Assembly (NCBI GenBank): GCA_963812605.1
Contig: CAWEWF010000001.1
Coordinates: forward strand, 256,001-320,000
Source: an uncultured Verrucomicrobiae bacterium
GTDB lineage: Bacteria; Verrucomicrobiota; Verrucomicrobiia; Palsa-1439
Direction of reading: 5' to 3'
DNA: 64,000 bases
Below are positions 9,744 through 19,391 of the stretch, piece after piece; positions within the stretch are counted from its first letter, which is position 1, and each line of letters starts with the position of its first letter. A model generated the notes under the pieces. It saw nothing but the letters and a program-made list of their open reading frames with translations, was not told the origin of the DNA and made no database searches. The translations under genes were made by a program, and so were the position numbers.

Positions 9744-11168
9744 ATGAACTACCTGAATCGGCTGGCAATGCTGCTGGGATGCGCCGCGATTGTTTTCGGC
9801 GCGGTGAGCGCGCGGGCGATCAATCTTACAAATCTCTACACGTTCGGCGGCACCAATGATAACGGCACGCCCGAGGCGGGCCTGGTGCAGGGAGTCGACG
9901 GCAATTTGTACGGAACCACGTGGGGCCTGGGCGGCACCAACGGCGGCACCGTTTTCCTGATCACCACCAATGGGTCGCTGACGACGCTGTATCGGTTCAC
10001 CGGCCTGGCCGACGGTGGGAAACCGTTCGGCCCGCTGATGCATGGCAGCGACTCGAATTTTTACGGCACGACCCAAAGCGGCGGCACCAGCACGAATTGC
10101 TCCGGCGGTTGCGGGACGATTTTCCGAATGTCGTCCGCCGGCACATTGACGACCCTGCACGAGTTCGACGGCAGGCCCGCCGGCGACGGCTCGGACCCGC
10201 GTTCGGCCCTTGCGCAGGGGCTTGACGGGAATTATTACGGCACCACCTACAGCGGCGGGACGAACAATCTCGGGATTGTGTATCAATTGACTTCCGCCGG
10301 CACGTTCACCGTCCTGCACCAGTTCAGCGGGGGCGCGCAAGGGGCCAATCCCTGGGCCGGACTCGTCCAGGGCGGCGACGGCAATTTTTACGGTGTTACC
10401 CAAAACGGCGGCACCAACCATCAGGGCACCGCCTTTCTCATCACGTCCGCCGGCACGCTGACGACGTTGCACCAGTTCCTCGGCACGGGCGGCGAAGGTT
10501 CCGGTCCCCTTGGCGCGCTGGCCCGGGGTAGTGACGGCAATTTTTACGGCACCACCTCCGGCGGCGGCACCAATTTTAGCGGAAGCGGGACCGTTTTCCA
10601 AATGACGCCCGCCGGTGCGGTCACGACGTTGCACCAATTCGATTACACCGACGGCGACGATCCCGAGCAGGGCATCGTGCAGGCCAGTGACGGCAATTTT
10701 TACGGCACAACATTTGACGGCGGCACCGGCGACGGCGGGGTCGGGGTGCTGTTCATGATCTCCACCGGCGGCGTGTTCAATGTGCTGTATGATTTCAACG
10801 GCATCGACGGAGAGTTTTCCACCGAATCCGGCGCTCTGGTGCAAGGCATCGACGGCAACTTTTACGGCACCACGCTCAGCGGCACAAACCTGAACAATTT
10901 CGGTGGCGTCTACAAATTTTCCGTTCCAATCACCCCTCCCAACACCATTACCGCCTTCGAGGCCAACATCACCAACGCCGTCGTGACCATCACCAGCATT
11001 CCCGGCGCAACGTATCAGCTCCAGTACCGCGATTCCATGATCTCCGGCGCATGGTCCAACGTCCCCGGTGCCGTCGTCACCAACGGTCCAGGCGCCGCCC
11101 TGAGCCTCACGAACACCGCCGCCCCTCTCCCGCCGAACCGGTTCTACCGGGTGCAGATCACGCCGTGA
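9744..11168 (+). CDS. Secreted choice-of-anchor GloVer (Gloeo_Verruco) tandem repeat protein
   Basis: Signal peptide; ~7 repeats 'P.aGLVQG.DGNFYGTT..GG....GTVF..T..G.LTTLH.F'; C-terminal 'NRFYRV' module. Confidence 0.9.
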   Translation: MNYLNRLAMLLGCAAIVFGAVSARAINLTNLYTFGGTNDNGTPEAGLVQGVDGNLYGTTWGLGGTNGGTVFLITTNGSLTTLYRFTGLADGGKPFGPLMHGSDSNFYGTTQSGGTSTNCSGGCGTIFRMSSAGTLTTLHEFDGRPAGDGSDPRSALAQGLDGNYYGTTYSGGTNNLGIVYQLTSAGTFTVLHQFSGGAQGANPWAGLVQGGDGNFYGVTQNGGTNHQGTAFLITSAGTLTTLHQFLGTGGEGSGPLGALARGSDGNFYGTTSGGGTNFSGSGTVFQMTPAGAVTTLHQFDYTDGDDPEQGIVQASDGNFYGTTFDGGTGDGGVGVLFMISTGGVFNVLYDFNGIDGEFSTESGALVQGIDGNFYGTTLSGTNLNNFGGVYKFSVPITPPNTITAFEANITNAVVTITSIPGATYQLQYRDSMISGAWSNVPGAVVTNGPGAALSLTNTAAPLPPNRFYRVQITP

Positions 11169-11323
11169 TAGGGCTGCGATGAGGGTTGATTCGCCGATGC
11201 TGGGATTTAACATCGGGCATCTGCGCCACCCCACGCTGATCCGTGCCAACCTGCGCCCAAATCTCGTGGGCGTATTTGTGGGACGGACCGAATTCCGACA
11301 AAGCCGGCATTGCAGAACATCTT

Positions 11324-11348
11324 GGTTCGAGTCCTAGCGAGGCAGCCA
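11324..11348 (+). repeat. attR-like duplicate of the tRNA-Gln 3' end
   Basis: 25/25 identity to 2089-2113 (28/29 when extended 4 nt upstream). Confidence 0.9.
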
Positions 11349-11352
11349 CATT

Positions 11353-12777
11353 CTAGGGATGCGTAGGCGACAAAGTCACCTTGAAGATGTAGGGGGACGC
11401 GGCGCTGTCCGAGTTGAAGTTGGTGTTGGGCAGGGTGCTTTGGATTCCCCCGACGATGTAACCGACCACAACCGGGCCGTTTCCCAGCACATCGTATTTC
11501 AGTACGCCGTTCTTGTATGTGGGTAATCCATCCACGGGAATCAGTGTGGCGCTGGCGCCAAAGAGAAGTTGATTGCCCGGATTGGATCCGGTGGACAGAA
11601 TCACCGGATATTCGGCGTTCATCAGGTACTGCGAGAACACCCCGAGTCGATCGCGCTTGATGGCTGTTACCTGGTTGATGAAGGGCAATTCGGCGTCTGT
11701 CTCGAATACTCCGCTGGAGAAAAAGCCGAAGCTAATGCCACCCATCAGCACCGTATACGAATTGCCCTCCTTGCGCGAGAAGAGTTCCAGTGTGGGGCAG
11801 GTCCAATTGTTCATTCCCTGCTTAAACGTAGCGACATTAGTGGGATTGGCCATCGAGGCGATGCCGGTTCGGCTGATTTCAACCGGGACGGTCCAGATTC
11901 CATCCGTTGGGGTAAACACGCCGGAAAAGGCCACGAAACCTTTGCGACCGCGCTCGATGATCGGGACAACGTTCAGGTTCGCGCGTCGATAGTTCGGATC
12001 CGGAGTTGCCGGCTCTAACGTCTGGGCCACAAAAGAAAGATTTGTTCCATGGTCCACGATGCGGAACCGCCGGACCTGCTCGGAGTAGGTGCCGTCGGAT
12101 GTGATGTTGGCTCCCTCAAACTCCTGCCCGAACACCAGGAGAGCGTGATGGGGAGACGACTCTGTCATGACCCCGCCGGTTATCTGAAACATCGGGTCGA
12201 AGACCTGGCGGAGATGTTGCGCGGCGCTTTCGCCGTTGGTTGGATTGATGACCCAATGAATCAGGCCGGGAACATCGATGGCAGTCAAAGCAGCCTTGGT
12301 GGTGAAGTTGCTCGTGGATGTGTCCACGCCGTAACCGCCCGACAGATAGAGCGTATTTTTCGACTGATACGACTGCGCCGCGGTCACGGACAAGAGATCG
12401 ATTTGAGCCTGCGTCAGCCCCGATTCCTGATTGGTGAGCGAGCGCGTAGCAATCGTTTGCAAATTGGGATCGACGACAAAGACCATTGTGTTCTGCGTGT
12501 CTGGCGGGAAATTGTTGTTGGTATTGCTGAACCCATGCAGTCCATTGATTCGACCCGCCAACAGCAACCACTTGCCGCCGCTTGTTCCCACGACAAAGGA
12601 TTGAAGGCCGCTGGGCAATGAAAAACCCGCCTGTTCAATCTGGATGCTGAACGGCACCCCGTTGCTGGAAAGGATCGGGCTGAGGGTAGCGGTTTGATTC
12701 TGGGCAATGACCCAGGAAGTGCCTCCGAACGCCGTTGCGAATACAAGAAATCCGAGCCAGACCGATAATCTTTTCAT
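11353..12777 (-). CDS. Secreted hypothetical protein, probable kelch-like beta-propeller
   Basis: 474 aa, signal peptide, RBS AGGAGG; repeated hydrophobic strand + GG motifs (LYLSGG, QITGG, VLMGG, YIVGG). Confidence 0.7.
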   Translation of the reverse strand: MKRLSVWLGFLVFATAFGGTSWVIAQNQTATLSPILSSNGVPFSIQIEQAGFSLPSGLQSFVVGTSGGKWLLLAGRINGLHGFSNTNNNFPPDTQNTMVFVVDPNLQTIATRSLTNQESGLTQAQIDLLSVTAAQSYQSKNTLYLSGGYGVDTSTSNFTTKAALTAIDVPGLIHWVINPTNGESAAQHLRQVFDPMFQITGGVMTESSPHHALLVFGQEFEGANITSDGTYSEQVRRFRIVDHGTNLSFVAQTLEPATPDPNYRRANLNVVPIIERGRKGFVAFSGVFTPTDGIWTVPVEISRTGIASMANPTNVATFKQGMNNWTCPTLELFSRKEGNSYTVLMGGISFGFFSSGVFETDAELPFINQVTAIKRDRLGVFSQYLMNAEYPVILSTGSNPGNQLLFGASATLIPVDGLPTYKNGVLKYDVLGNGPVVVGYIVGGIQSTLPNTNFNSDSAASPYIFKVTLSPTHP

Positions 12778-13139
12778 AAGCCGTCCCTCCTTTACGTCAT
12801 TTCGACCTTAAAGTGCGAGTAATTCGCGTGTCAACGAGCTTTCCACATTCTTCGGGGCTGAGGGCTACGTTTTCCAACGTTTGAATCACCATGCGCCAAA
12901 TTCCACCGAAAGAATTCGCCCCAAGACACTTCTCCACAGAAGCTTTTCAACCGTTTTAGCAGCCCGCCGTTGGGCCAGATTTTTGCCAAGAAGTTTGTCT
13001 TGCAATCGTTTGCCGAAACTGCCATGCTCGTACTGTGCTTTCGATTCCTTGAGGAATCATAAAAGCCCCGATTTTTTTATGCGCCGCTGCTAAGACGGAA
13101 GGCCAAGATGCCGACAACATACTCGAAGGATCGTTCACG

Positions 13140-16100
13140 ATGAAACCCAGCTTGCAGAGAACATTCCTCGTCCAATTGGCAGCGGCCACGCTTTTGTTTA
13201 TCATCGGCGCGAGCGTGGGCATTGCTCAAGTGCCACAGCTCAACCTTCAGCCCGGCGTTCAGTTGAGCTGGCCCATGCCGAATACGACTAATACCTATCA
13301 CCTGCAATGGGCACCCAGCTCTGGCGGCACGTGGACGGATCTTATTGCGGCGTCGACTGGCGATGGAACAACGCACACACTTTTTGATCCGGTTCCCAGC
13401 GGAACGCGCGCCTATCAGGACTTGGAAATCGTTCCGGGCACACCCCCGTCTGCCGCACTTCCGGCGAATAGCGGATTTGAATCCGGAACCGGATCCACCG
13501 CCAGCAATTGGACGGTGGATACGGCTGCTGGCGGTCCCGTGTATGGGGTTCGCACGAACGACAACCCGCACAGCGGCTCGTATGACTTCCAGGTCCACGT
13601 GGCCAGCACTGGCGCTGGTCCGGTGGTTCAGTTTAACCAATCCGGGATTCCGGTGACGGGAGGGACCAGCTACCCGTTCAGCTTCTACTCCGATGCTCTG
13701 GCGGGCAGCGCGGGAGATGTACCCCAGTATGACATTGTGTGGAATAACGGGGCGGGGAGCACGGGTTATCAAAATTTTACTCCCGGAGCCAACACCTACG
13801 CCTTGTTTAGCACCACGGTCACCGCCCCTGCCAGCGCGACGGCGGCGACGATCTATTTCCACGTTGCGGGCGCGGCGAGCCAGAGCCTGTCGGCCACGAT
13901 TGACTTTGATGACGTTGTACTGGGGAGCGGCAGTTCCGGCTCGGGCACGCCACCGGCAACCAACGTCTTGCAGGTGGCCACCCTGCCGATGGTCAGCATT
14001 AGCTGGCTGTCCACGAACGCTCTTCCCTATTACGCGGAATCAACTACCAACCCAGCCACCGGACCTTGGACGAATAACTTTGGGCTGTTCGTGGGAAACG
14101 GCGGCACGGAATCGTTCCTGGCGCCGATGACGAATAGCGCCATGTTCTTCCATCTACGGATTCCGGCATTGACGAATTTGCCTCCGACAAACTTGCACCA
14201 AGTACCGTCCGGTTCCACAGATGCCATCGGCGTGGCTTGGACGGCCAGCCTATCGCCGGGGGTAACGGATTACCGCATGTCGTATAGCGACCTGAGCACG
14301 ACCATCACCAACACCACGGACCTCGGCAATGTGACCAGCACGATTATCTCCGGGTTGACATCAGGCGACACCTATTTCGTGTCTCTCGTCGCGATTACGA
14401 GCAACGGTCAAAGCGACCCGGTTAGCATGACCGCCCAGCCGGATACAAGCGTCAGCATCATTCCGCTCTTCAACGCCTTTACGACCCTGGAACCAGATAC
14501 GGTCTACGACACGCCCTCCAATCATGTGACGCGGATCTCCGATCGTCCGCGCCTCCGTCATGCGCGGGAGGATGGTTCCAGGGACAACCCTCCGGACTTT
14601 AGTCTCTACGACACCTATGCGATTTTCTATTGGCAGCAGCGCATGACCACCATCGAGATCGACGATGCTGTGGCCAAGGGTGGTAGCGACGTTTTGTTCC
14701 ATATGTGGTCACTGAATGGATTGACGGGACCACCGAACATCCGCTTCTTTTTCCAAGGGCAGACCACCGTGGCGCAATATGGGGACAACGAGTACTCAGT
14801 CCAGGCAGATTCAAGCCTGACCAACTGGACGTTTGACGTCACCCATAACGGTTCTGGCGGCGCTTTGCACGTGGGTGATAAAATCGAGATGGAGTTCAGC
14901 CCGTTCATGCTGACCGCAACCAACGGGCAGCTCAACTATTACGGCGGCGTGATTCTCTACATTGTCGGGCAGGGGATTGTTCCTTGGCAGGCGATCCAGA
15001 ACCCCATTGACCTGAACCCGGCGAACGACGGGCCCGTCGTCAATGGCGTCAGGGTGAACATCGACTCGAATCCAATCCCGACGAACGGCTGGCTGGCCGG
15101 TAGTAGCACGATGCCGTACCAGTACTCGGGCGAACCGACGCACTTGTTTAATCAATTGTCACCCGGCGCGTCACCTCTGACCGGCGAACCATTCCTGCTC
15201 GGACGGCGTTTGCATCACACGGATTTCGGCACCGGCGCGCATGTTGGCGATGAGGTCGACGCACAGGGGGGAAATGGGATCTTTACGCAACAGGTCGGCA
15301 AACTCGGACCGACATTTGCCAATCGCAGTTGCATCGCGTGTCACGTGAACAATGGCCGGGCGCTTCCGCCGGCCATCGGTTCCGTGATGATGCAGTCCGT
15401 CGTCCACGTTGGGATCGATGCGAGCGGAACGCCGGATCCGGTCCTTGGCTCCGTGCTCCAGCCTCTGTGCTCCACCGGGGCGCCCGTGGCCGGCGTAACA
15501 ATTTCCAGTTACACGACCACCAGTGGGACGTACGGCGACGGCACGCCGTATACATTGCAACAGCCAAACTACACGTTCACGGGCTACACACCGGCGTTTT
15601 ACTCGGTGCGGGTCGCGCCGCAGCTCGTGGGCATGGGCTTGCTCGAGGCCGTGAGCGAAAGCACCATCGAAAGCCAGTCCGGCCCGGGCGCGAACGGCGT
15701 CAACGGCACCGTTCGCGTCATGACCGATCCGGAGACCGGCCAACTGCGTCTCGGGCGGTTCACCTACAAGGGCGGGCGGGACACTGTCAAACATCAAATC
15801 GCCGCGGCCCTCAACCTCGACATGGGCGTAACGACCTCGGTTTACCCGATGCGCAATGCCAGTACCAACAGCATACCGGTCGAACTCGCCGATAGCGACC
15901 TTACGAATTGGGTCCGGTATGTCGATGCTCTCGGTGTCAACGCCCGGCGCAACGTGACCAATTCTGTCGAACTTCAAGGCGAGGCGCTATTTGGCAGCGC
16001 GAACTGCTGGCAATGCCACACACCGACACTCACAACGAGTCCGTACCATCCGATTGCCGAACTGCGCAACCAGACCATTCATCCCTATACCGACCTGCTC

Positions 16101-16364
16101 TTGCACGACATGGGCCCGGGTCTGGCTGACAACATGGGCGAAGGCAACGCCACCGGCTCCCAATGGCGCACGTCGCCGCTTTGGGGTATTGGCCTCACGG
16201 CCGGGGTCAGCGGTGGCGAAGCGTACCTCCACGACGGGCGTGCGCGCAGCCTCGCAGAAGCCATCCTGTGGCACGACGGCGAAGGCGCGGCGTCAAGGGA
16301 AGCCTTCCGCAACATGTCGGCGTCGGATCGCGCCGCGCTCATCGCGTTCTTGCAATCGCTGTAA
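13140..16364 (+). CDS. Secreted di-heme oxidoreductase (DHOR) family protein with N-terminal CBM-like and FN3 domains
   Basis: Two CxxCH motifs (CIACH, CWQCH); 'PYTDLLLHDMG', 'WRTSPLWG', 'YLHDGRAR'; 'NSGFESG' CBM4-like start; FN3 'VAWTAS...Y...SGLTSGDTY'. Confidence 0.88.
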   Translation: MKPSLQRTFLVQLAAATLLFIIGASVGIAQVPQLNLQPGVQLSWPMPNTTNTYHLQWAPSSGGTWTDLIAASTGDGTTHTLFDPVPSGTRAYQDLEIVPGTPPSAALPANSGFESGTGSTASNWTVDTAAGGPVYGVRTNDNPHSGSYDFQVHVASTGAGPVVQFNQSGIPVTGGTSYPFSFYSDALAGSAGDVPQYDIVWNNGAGSTGYQNFTPGANTYALFSTTVTAPASATAATIYFHVAGAASQSLSATIDFDDVVLGSGSSGSGTPPATNVLQVATLPMVSISWLSTNALPYYAESTTNPATGPWTNNFGLFVGNGGTESFLAPMTNSAMFFHLRIPALTNLPPTNLHQVPSGSTDAIGVAWTASLSPGVTDYRMSYSDLSTTITNTTDLGNVTSTIISGLTSGDTYFVSLVAITSNGQSDPVSMTAQPDTSVSIIPLFNAFTTLEPDTVYDTPSNHVTRISDRPRLRHAREDGSRDNPPDFSLYDTYAIFYWQQRMTTIEIDDAVAKGGSDVLFHMWSLNGLTGPPNIRFFFQGQTTVAQYGDNEYSVQADSSLTNWTFDVTHNGSGGALHVGDKIEMEFSPFMLTATNGQLNYYGGVILYIVGQGIVPWQAIQNPIDLNPANDGPVVNGVRVNIDSNPIPTNGWLAGSSTMPYQYSGEPTHLFNQLSPGASPLTGEPFLLGRRLHHTDFGTGAHVGDEVDAQGGNGIFTQQVGKLGPTFANRSCIACHVNNGRALPPAIGSVMMQSVVHVGIDASGTPDPVLGSVLQPLCSTGAPVAGVTISSYTTTSGTYGDGTPYTLQQPNYTFTGYTPAFYSVRVAPQLVGMGLLEAVSESTIESQSGPGANGVNGTVRVMTDPETGQLRLGRFTYKGGRDTVKHQIAAALNLDMGVTTSVYPMRNASTNSIPVELADSDLTNWVRYVDALGVNARRNVTNSVELQGEALFGSANCWQCHTPTLTTSPYHPIAELRNQTIHPYTDLLLHDMGPGLADNMGEGNATGSQWRTSPLWGIGLTAGVSGGEAYLHDGRARSLAEAILWHDGEGAASREAFRNMSASDRAALIAFLQSL

Positions 16365-16489
16365 GCGACGAGCGTTATGGCATTAGGGACCCGACCTGAT
16401 CGCCTGCGGCAAGGGATCACTTTGTGGGTGGATGAAGCCTTGAGTTGGTGGCGTCAGGGCCGGTTTTTCTGACCCGGCTGGTTGGGATC

Positions 16490-17163
16490 TCAATGGGTCA
16501 GCGCATAGACGGCGATATTCAACGCCAACTTCTTGCCGTCCTCAACATCGACTCCCTTGCCCATATTGCAGTTGTTATTTGCGCTGAATGCGCAGCACAA
16601 CCCATCCTCGCACATCACCGCCACCAGATTGTCCTGATAGAACAATCCCTCAAGATAAACGTTGCGGTTGCCGTTGTTCGAGCGGACGTGATCCAGTTTG
16701 TAAAACGATCGGTAGATGAGGTGATCGTAGGGGATGGTTTTGATCTGGACGCCGGCAAAGATGCGGCTGAATTCGCGCCGCCAGGCCTTGGGGAAGCCGG
16801 GGTTGGTGCAGCAACCGGACCCAAAGACAAAACCACCGTGTGAAAGATATTCCCGCAGGTTCGCCAATTCAGCGTCGCTGAACACGAAATCATCGTGGCC
16901 GTTCATGAAGAGGAAGGGCGTCTCGAAAATCTGCGGATCGGTGAGCTTCAGGTGGCGTTCTTCCTGAACCTTAATGGTGGACGCCTGTGAAACCAACTTC
17001 ATCAAGTCTTCGCCGACATTGCTGCAGTCATTGCCGCTGTTGCTGGCGTACTTGATGCGCCCCATGAAGAAGGTGGCGACGTTTTCATCCTTGTCGGCGG
17101 CAGGCCTTCTTGCGCCACCAACCCGACAAGGCCGATAAGAGTGAGAAACACGACGCGCTTCAT
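16490..17163 (-). CDS. DUF4159 domain protein (one frameshift near 17070-17100)
   Basis: 'PFLFMNGH..F.FSDAE..NLREYL..GGF'; the signal peptide MKRVVFLTLIG lies in another frame, with ATG at 17163 overlapping the upstream stop. Confidence 0.85.
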
Positions 17164-19391
17164 TGCAAACTCCAGTGTTTCCTTAGCACATATTCGAGTC
17201 CCAGGCAACCCAACAACAGCGCCAGGACGTTGCCGTTGACGCCCGCCGGTCTGCGAATCAGCCGGTCCCGATGCGATTGCTCGACCCGCTCGTTGATCTG
17301 GGCCAACAGGTCATCCATGCTGTGACAATCCTCGGCCCGCAACGCCAGCCCCCCGCTGATGCTCGCCCATTGCCGAAGTTGCTCCATATTGCGCGCCGTG
17401 TCCTGAAATTCCACGTTCACGTCCCGGATCTGGATCGAACGGGAGGCGATCAGGACGCGATGCGTGTCCAGCACATGAATGGTGTACGTGCCCTCACGCT
17501 CCGCGCGAAAACTCGTCTCCACGGGTCGGCCCGCCGACAGCTCCACGGTCTGTTCCTGTACGGTTTTCCCCTGGCCATCCTCCACGTGCACGACAAAGTT
17601 CTGGCGCGGTTCCGTCACATTTTTCGGGTCCGGTTGTTTTTCCAGGATCAGGCGAATATCCGACTGTGGGCGCAACTCCTGGTCGGCAAAGTGGATCGCG
17701 ATATCCTGCCGACTCGACTCGCTGAGATAGCGGAACAACTGCCGCCAGAAACGATCGAAAGTTTGGGGGTCGGATTCCTTGGCGAGCCGCCAGCGCCAGA
17801 AGTTCTGTACGCACAACACCGCCGACAGTCCCGCGCCATATCGTTGCGTCGCCATGAGAATCCGCCGCCCATTCGGCCCCATGTCCTCCTGGTGCAGGGC
17901 CCAGACCTGTGCGCCGGGCTTCGCCGCATCCACGCGTCCGTACTCGGTAAATGTCGGCAACCGTTCCCAGGCCGCGCGGTTGGCGCCCGCGTCCGCGACC
18001 TGGAAAACCGGGTGCTGCAGCGCTTCGTCGGTCAATTGCAGATGAAAGGGGCGATCCAACCCTACCACGCCGCGGCTGGAAGCGAACACCACCGGCAACA
18101 ACTGTTCCAGCCGGCTCCCCTGCCACGACGAATCAAACGTCGCGGGACCTCCCATCATCAGGACGCCGCCACCCAGCTCGCTGCAGAACCGCGCCAATAC
18201 TTCCTGTTGCGCCGCGGTCAAATCGGAGGGCCGCAGATTCGTCAGCACCACCACGCGAAACGGCGCCATTTCCTCCAGCGTGGATGGAAACCCGCTCAGC
18301 AACTCGCCGGCGCTCTCAACATTCTGGCGGAAAACCGAATGGCTCGAGGTCCGGATCAGCCCCGTCAATTTCACCATCGGATCGCCGCGCAACGCGAGGT
18401 TGATGAATTTGTAGTCCCACGTCAACGCGCCCTGGACATAGAGCACGCGCAATTCCTTCTCCGACGTGATCCGCACGGTGGTCGTGGCCAGCGTTTCGAC
18501 GCACGTCAAACCACGCACGACCGGCGGCATCAGTTGCACCGCGTACTGGTGCGTGCCCTCGGTTTCCTCCGTCACGGGAAAGTTTTCGACCCAGGAGCGC
18601 GAGCCTTTGCCCGGGCTAATCGTCTTGTGTTGCGTCAGTTTGCCGTCACGCATCAAAACCAGGTCGAACGGCGTCAGGTCCTCGGCGTTGACCATCTCAA
18701 GACGGGCCCCGATGTTGAATTGCTGGCGCGGAGGGGCCGTTGGCGGTCCCTCGGCTTGCCGCAGCGTCAACGTTTCGACTCCCGTGTCGCTTCCAAAGCC
18801 GATACCGATGAAGGGAGTATGCGCGTCGACCAGGGCCGCCACCGCTCGCGAGTTCTCGGAAGATTCGTTCGCCGCGCCATCGGTCAGCGCGATGATCGCC
18901 AGCGGCGGCTGGGCGGCGGCCGACAACGCCCGCGTGATCGCCCGCGCCAGGTTGGTCCGTCGTCCGTCCGGCTTGGCCGCCACCAACTGCGCGCCGTCGG
19001 CCGCCTGGACGTCTTCCGCAAACAAAAGTGCTTCCGTCTGCCAGCCGGCGGTTTTCAGGGCGGGCAGGACCTGTTCGCGTGCCAGGCGCAACGCCCGCGC
19101 GTATCGCGTCTGGTGATCTTCCTCCAGCGACATGCTCTCGCTGCGGTCCATCAATAGCACCACCGATTTTTTGTTCGCGGTTTCCACTTCCCGCGAGACC
19201 CAGGTGGGGCGACCCGCCAGGAACACCAGGGTCAGCAGCGTTACAGTGCGCAAGCCCGTAAGGGCCGCGACGCGCCATTTGTCCAACCCGGTCTGTCCCA
19301 ATGACCAGGCCATCATGATCAACAGCGCGCCGGTAACGGGCAATCCAATCTGCCAGCCGAGCGGAAAGCCAAAAACAAGGTGTGCGGTCAT
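17160..19391 (-). CDS. Membrane protein with vWA domain and glutamine amidotransferase-like domain
   Basis: MIDAS 'DRSESM..T..LTDG'; 'GGGVLMMGG', 'LLPV', 'WRWR'; TM segments at both ends. Confidence 0.85.
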   Translation of the reverse strand: MTAHLVFGFPLGWQIGLPVTGALLIMMAWSLGQTGLDKWRVAALTGLRTVTLLTLVFLAGRPTWVSREVETANKKSVVLLMDRSESMSLEEDHQTRYARALRLAREQVLPALKTAGWQTEALLFAEDVQAADGAQLVAAKPDGRRTNLARAITRALSAAAQPPLAIIALTDGAANESSENSRAVAALVDAHTPFIGIGFGSDTGVETLTLRQAEGPPTAPPRQQFNIGARLEMVNAEDLTPFDLVLMRDGKLTQHKTISPGKGSRSWVENFPVTEETEGTHQYAVQLMPPVVRGLTCVETLATTTVRITSEKELRVLYVQGALTWDYKFINLALRGDPMVKLTGLIRTSSHSVFRQNVESAGELLSGFPSTLEEMAPFRVVVLTNLRPSDLTAAQQEVLARFCSELGGGVLMMGGPATFDSSWQGSRLEQLLPVVFASSRGVVGLDRPFHLQLTDEALQHPVFQVADAGANRAAWERLPTFTEYGRVDAAKPGAQVWALHQEDMGPNGRRILMATQRYGAGLSAVLCVQNFWRWRLAKESDPQTFDRFWRQLFRYLSESSRQDIAIHFADQELRPQSDIRLILEKQPDPKNVTEPRQNFVVHVEDGQGKTVQEQTVELSAGRPVETSFRAEREGTYTIHVLDTHRVLIASRSIQIRDVNVEFQDTARNMEQLRQWASISGGLALRAEDCHSMDDLLAQINERVEQSHRDRLIRRPAGVNGNVLALLLGCLGLEYVLRKHWSLQ

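Larger units (their letters stand above)
2089..11348. mobile_element. Putative genomic island integrated at the tRNA-Gln 3' end (no integrase seen)
   Basis: Perfect 25-bp direct repeat GGTTCGAGTCCTAGCGAGGCAGCCA at 2089-2113 and 11324-11348; five accessory + strand genes in between. Confidence 0.75.

Noticed and set aside
7900-10920. Tandem DNA repeats as a possible CRISPR array (also the PKD repeats at 45480-47040)
   Set aside because: They are degenerate in-frame protein repeats; there is no repeat-spacer structure and no cas gene.
12830-13030. Two DnaA-box-like 9-mers (12839-12847, 12930-12938) and phased TTKCC motifs
   Set aside because: One-mismatch matches in an AT-rich divergent promoter; cannot be told from chance.
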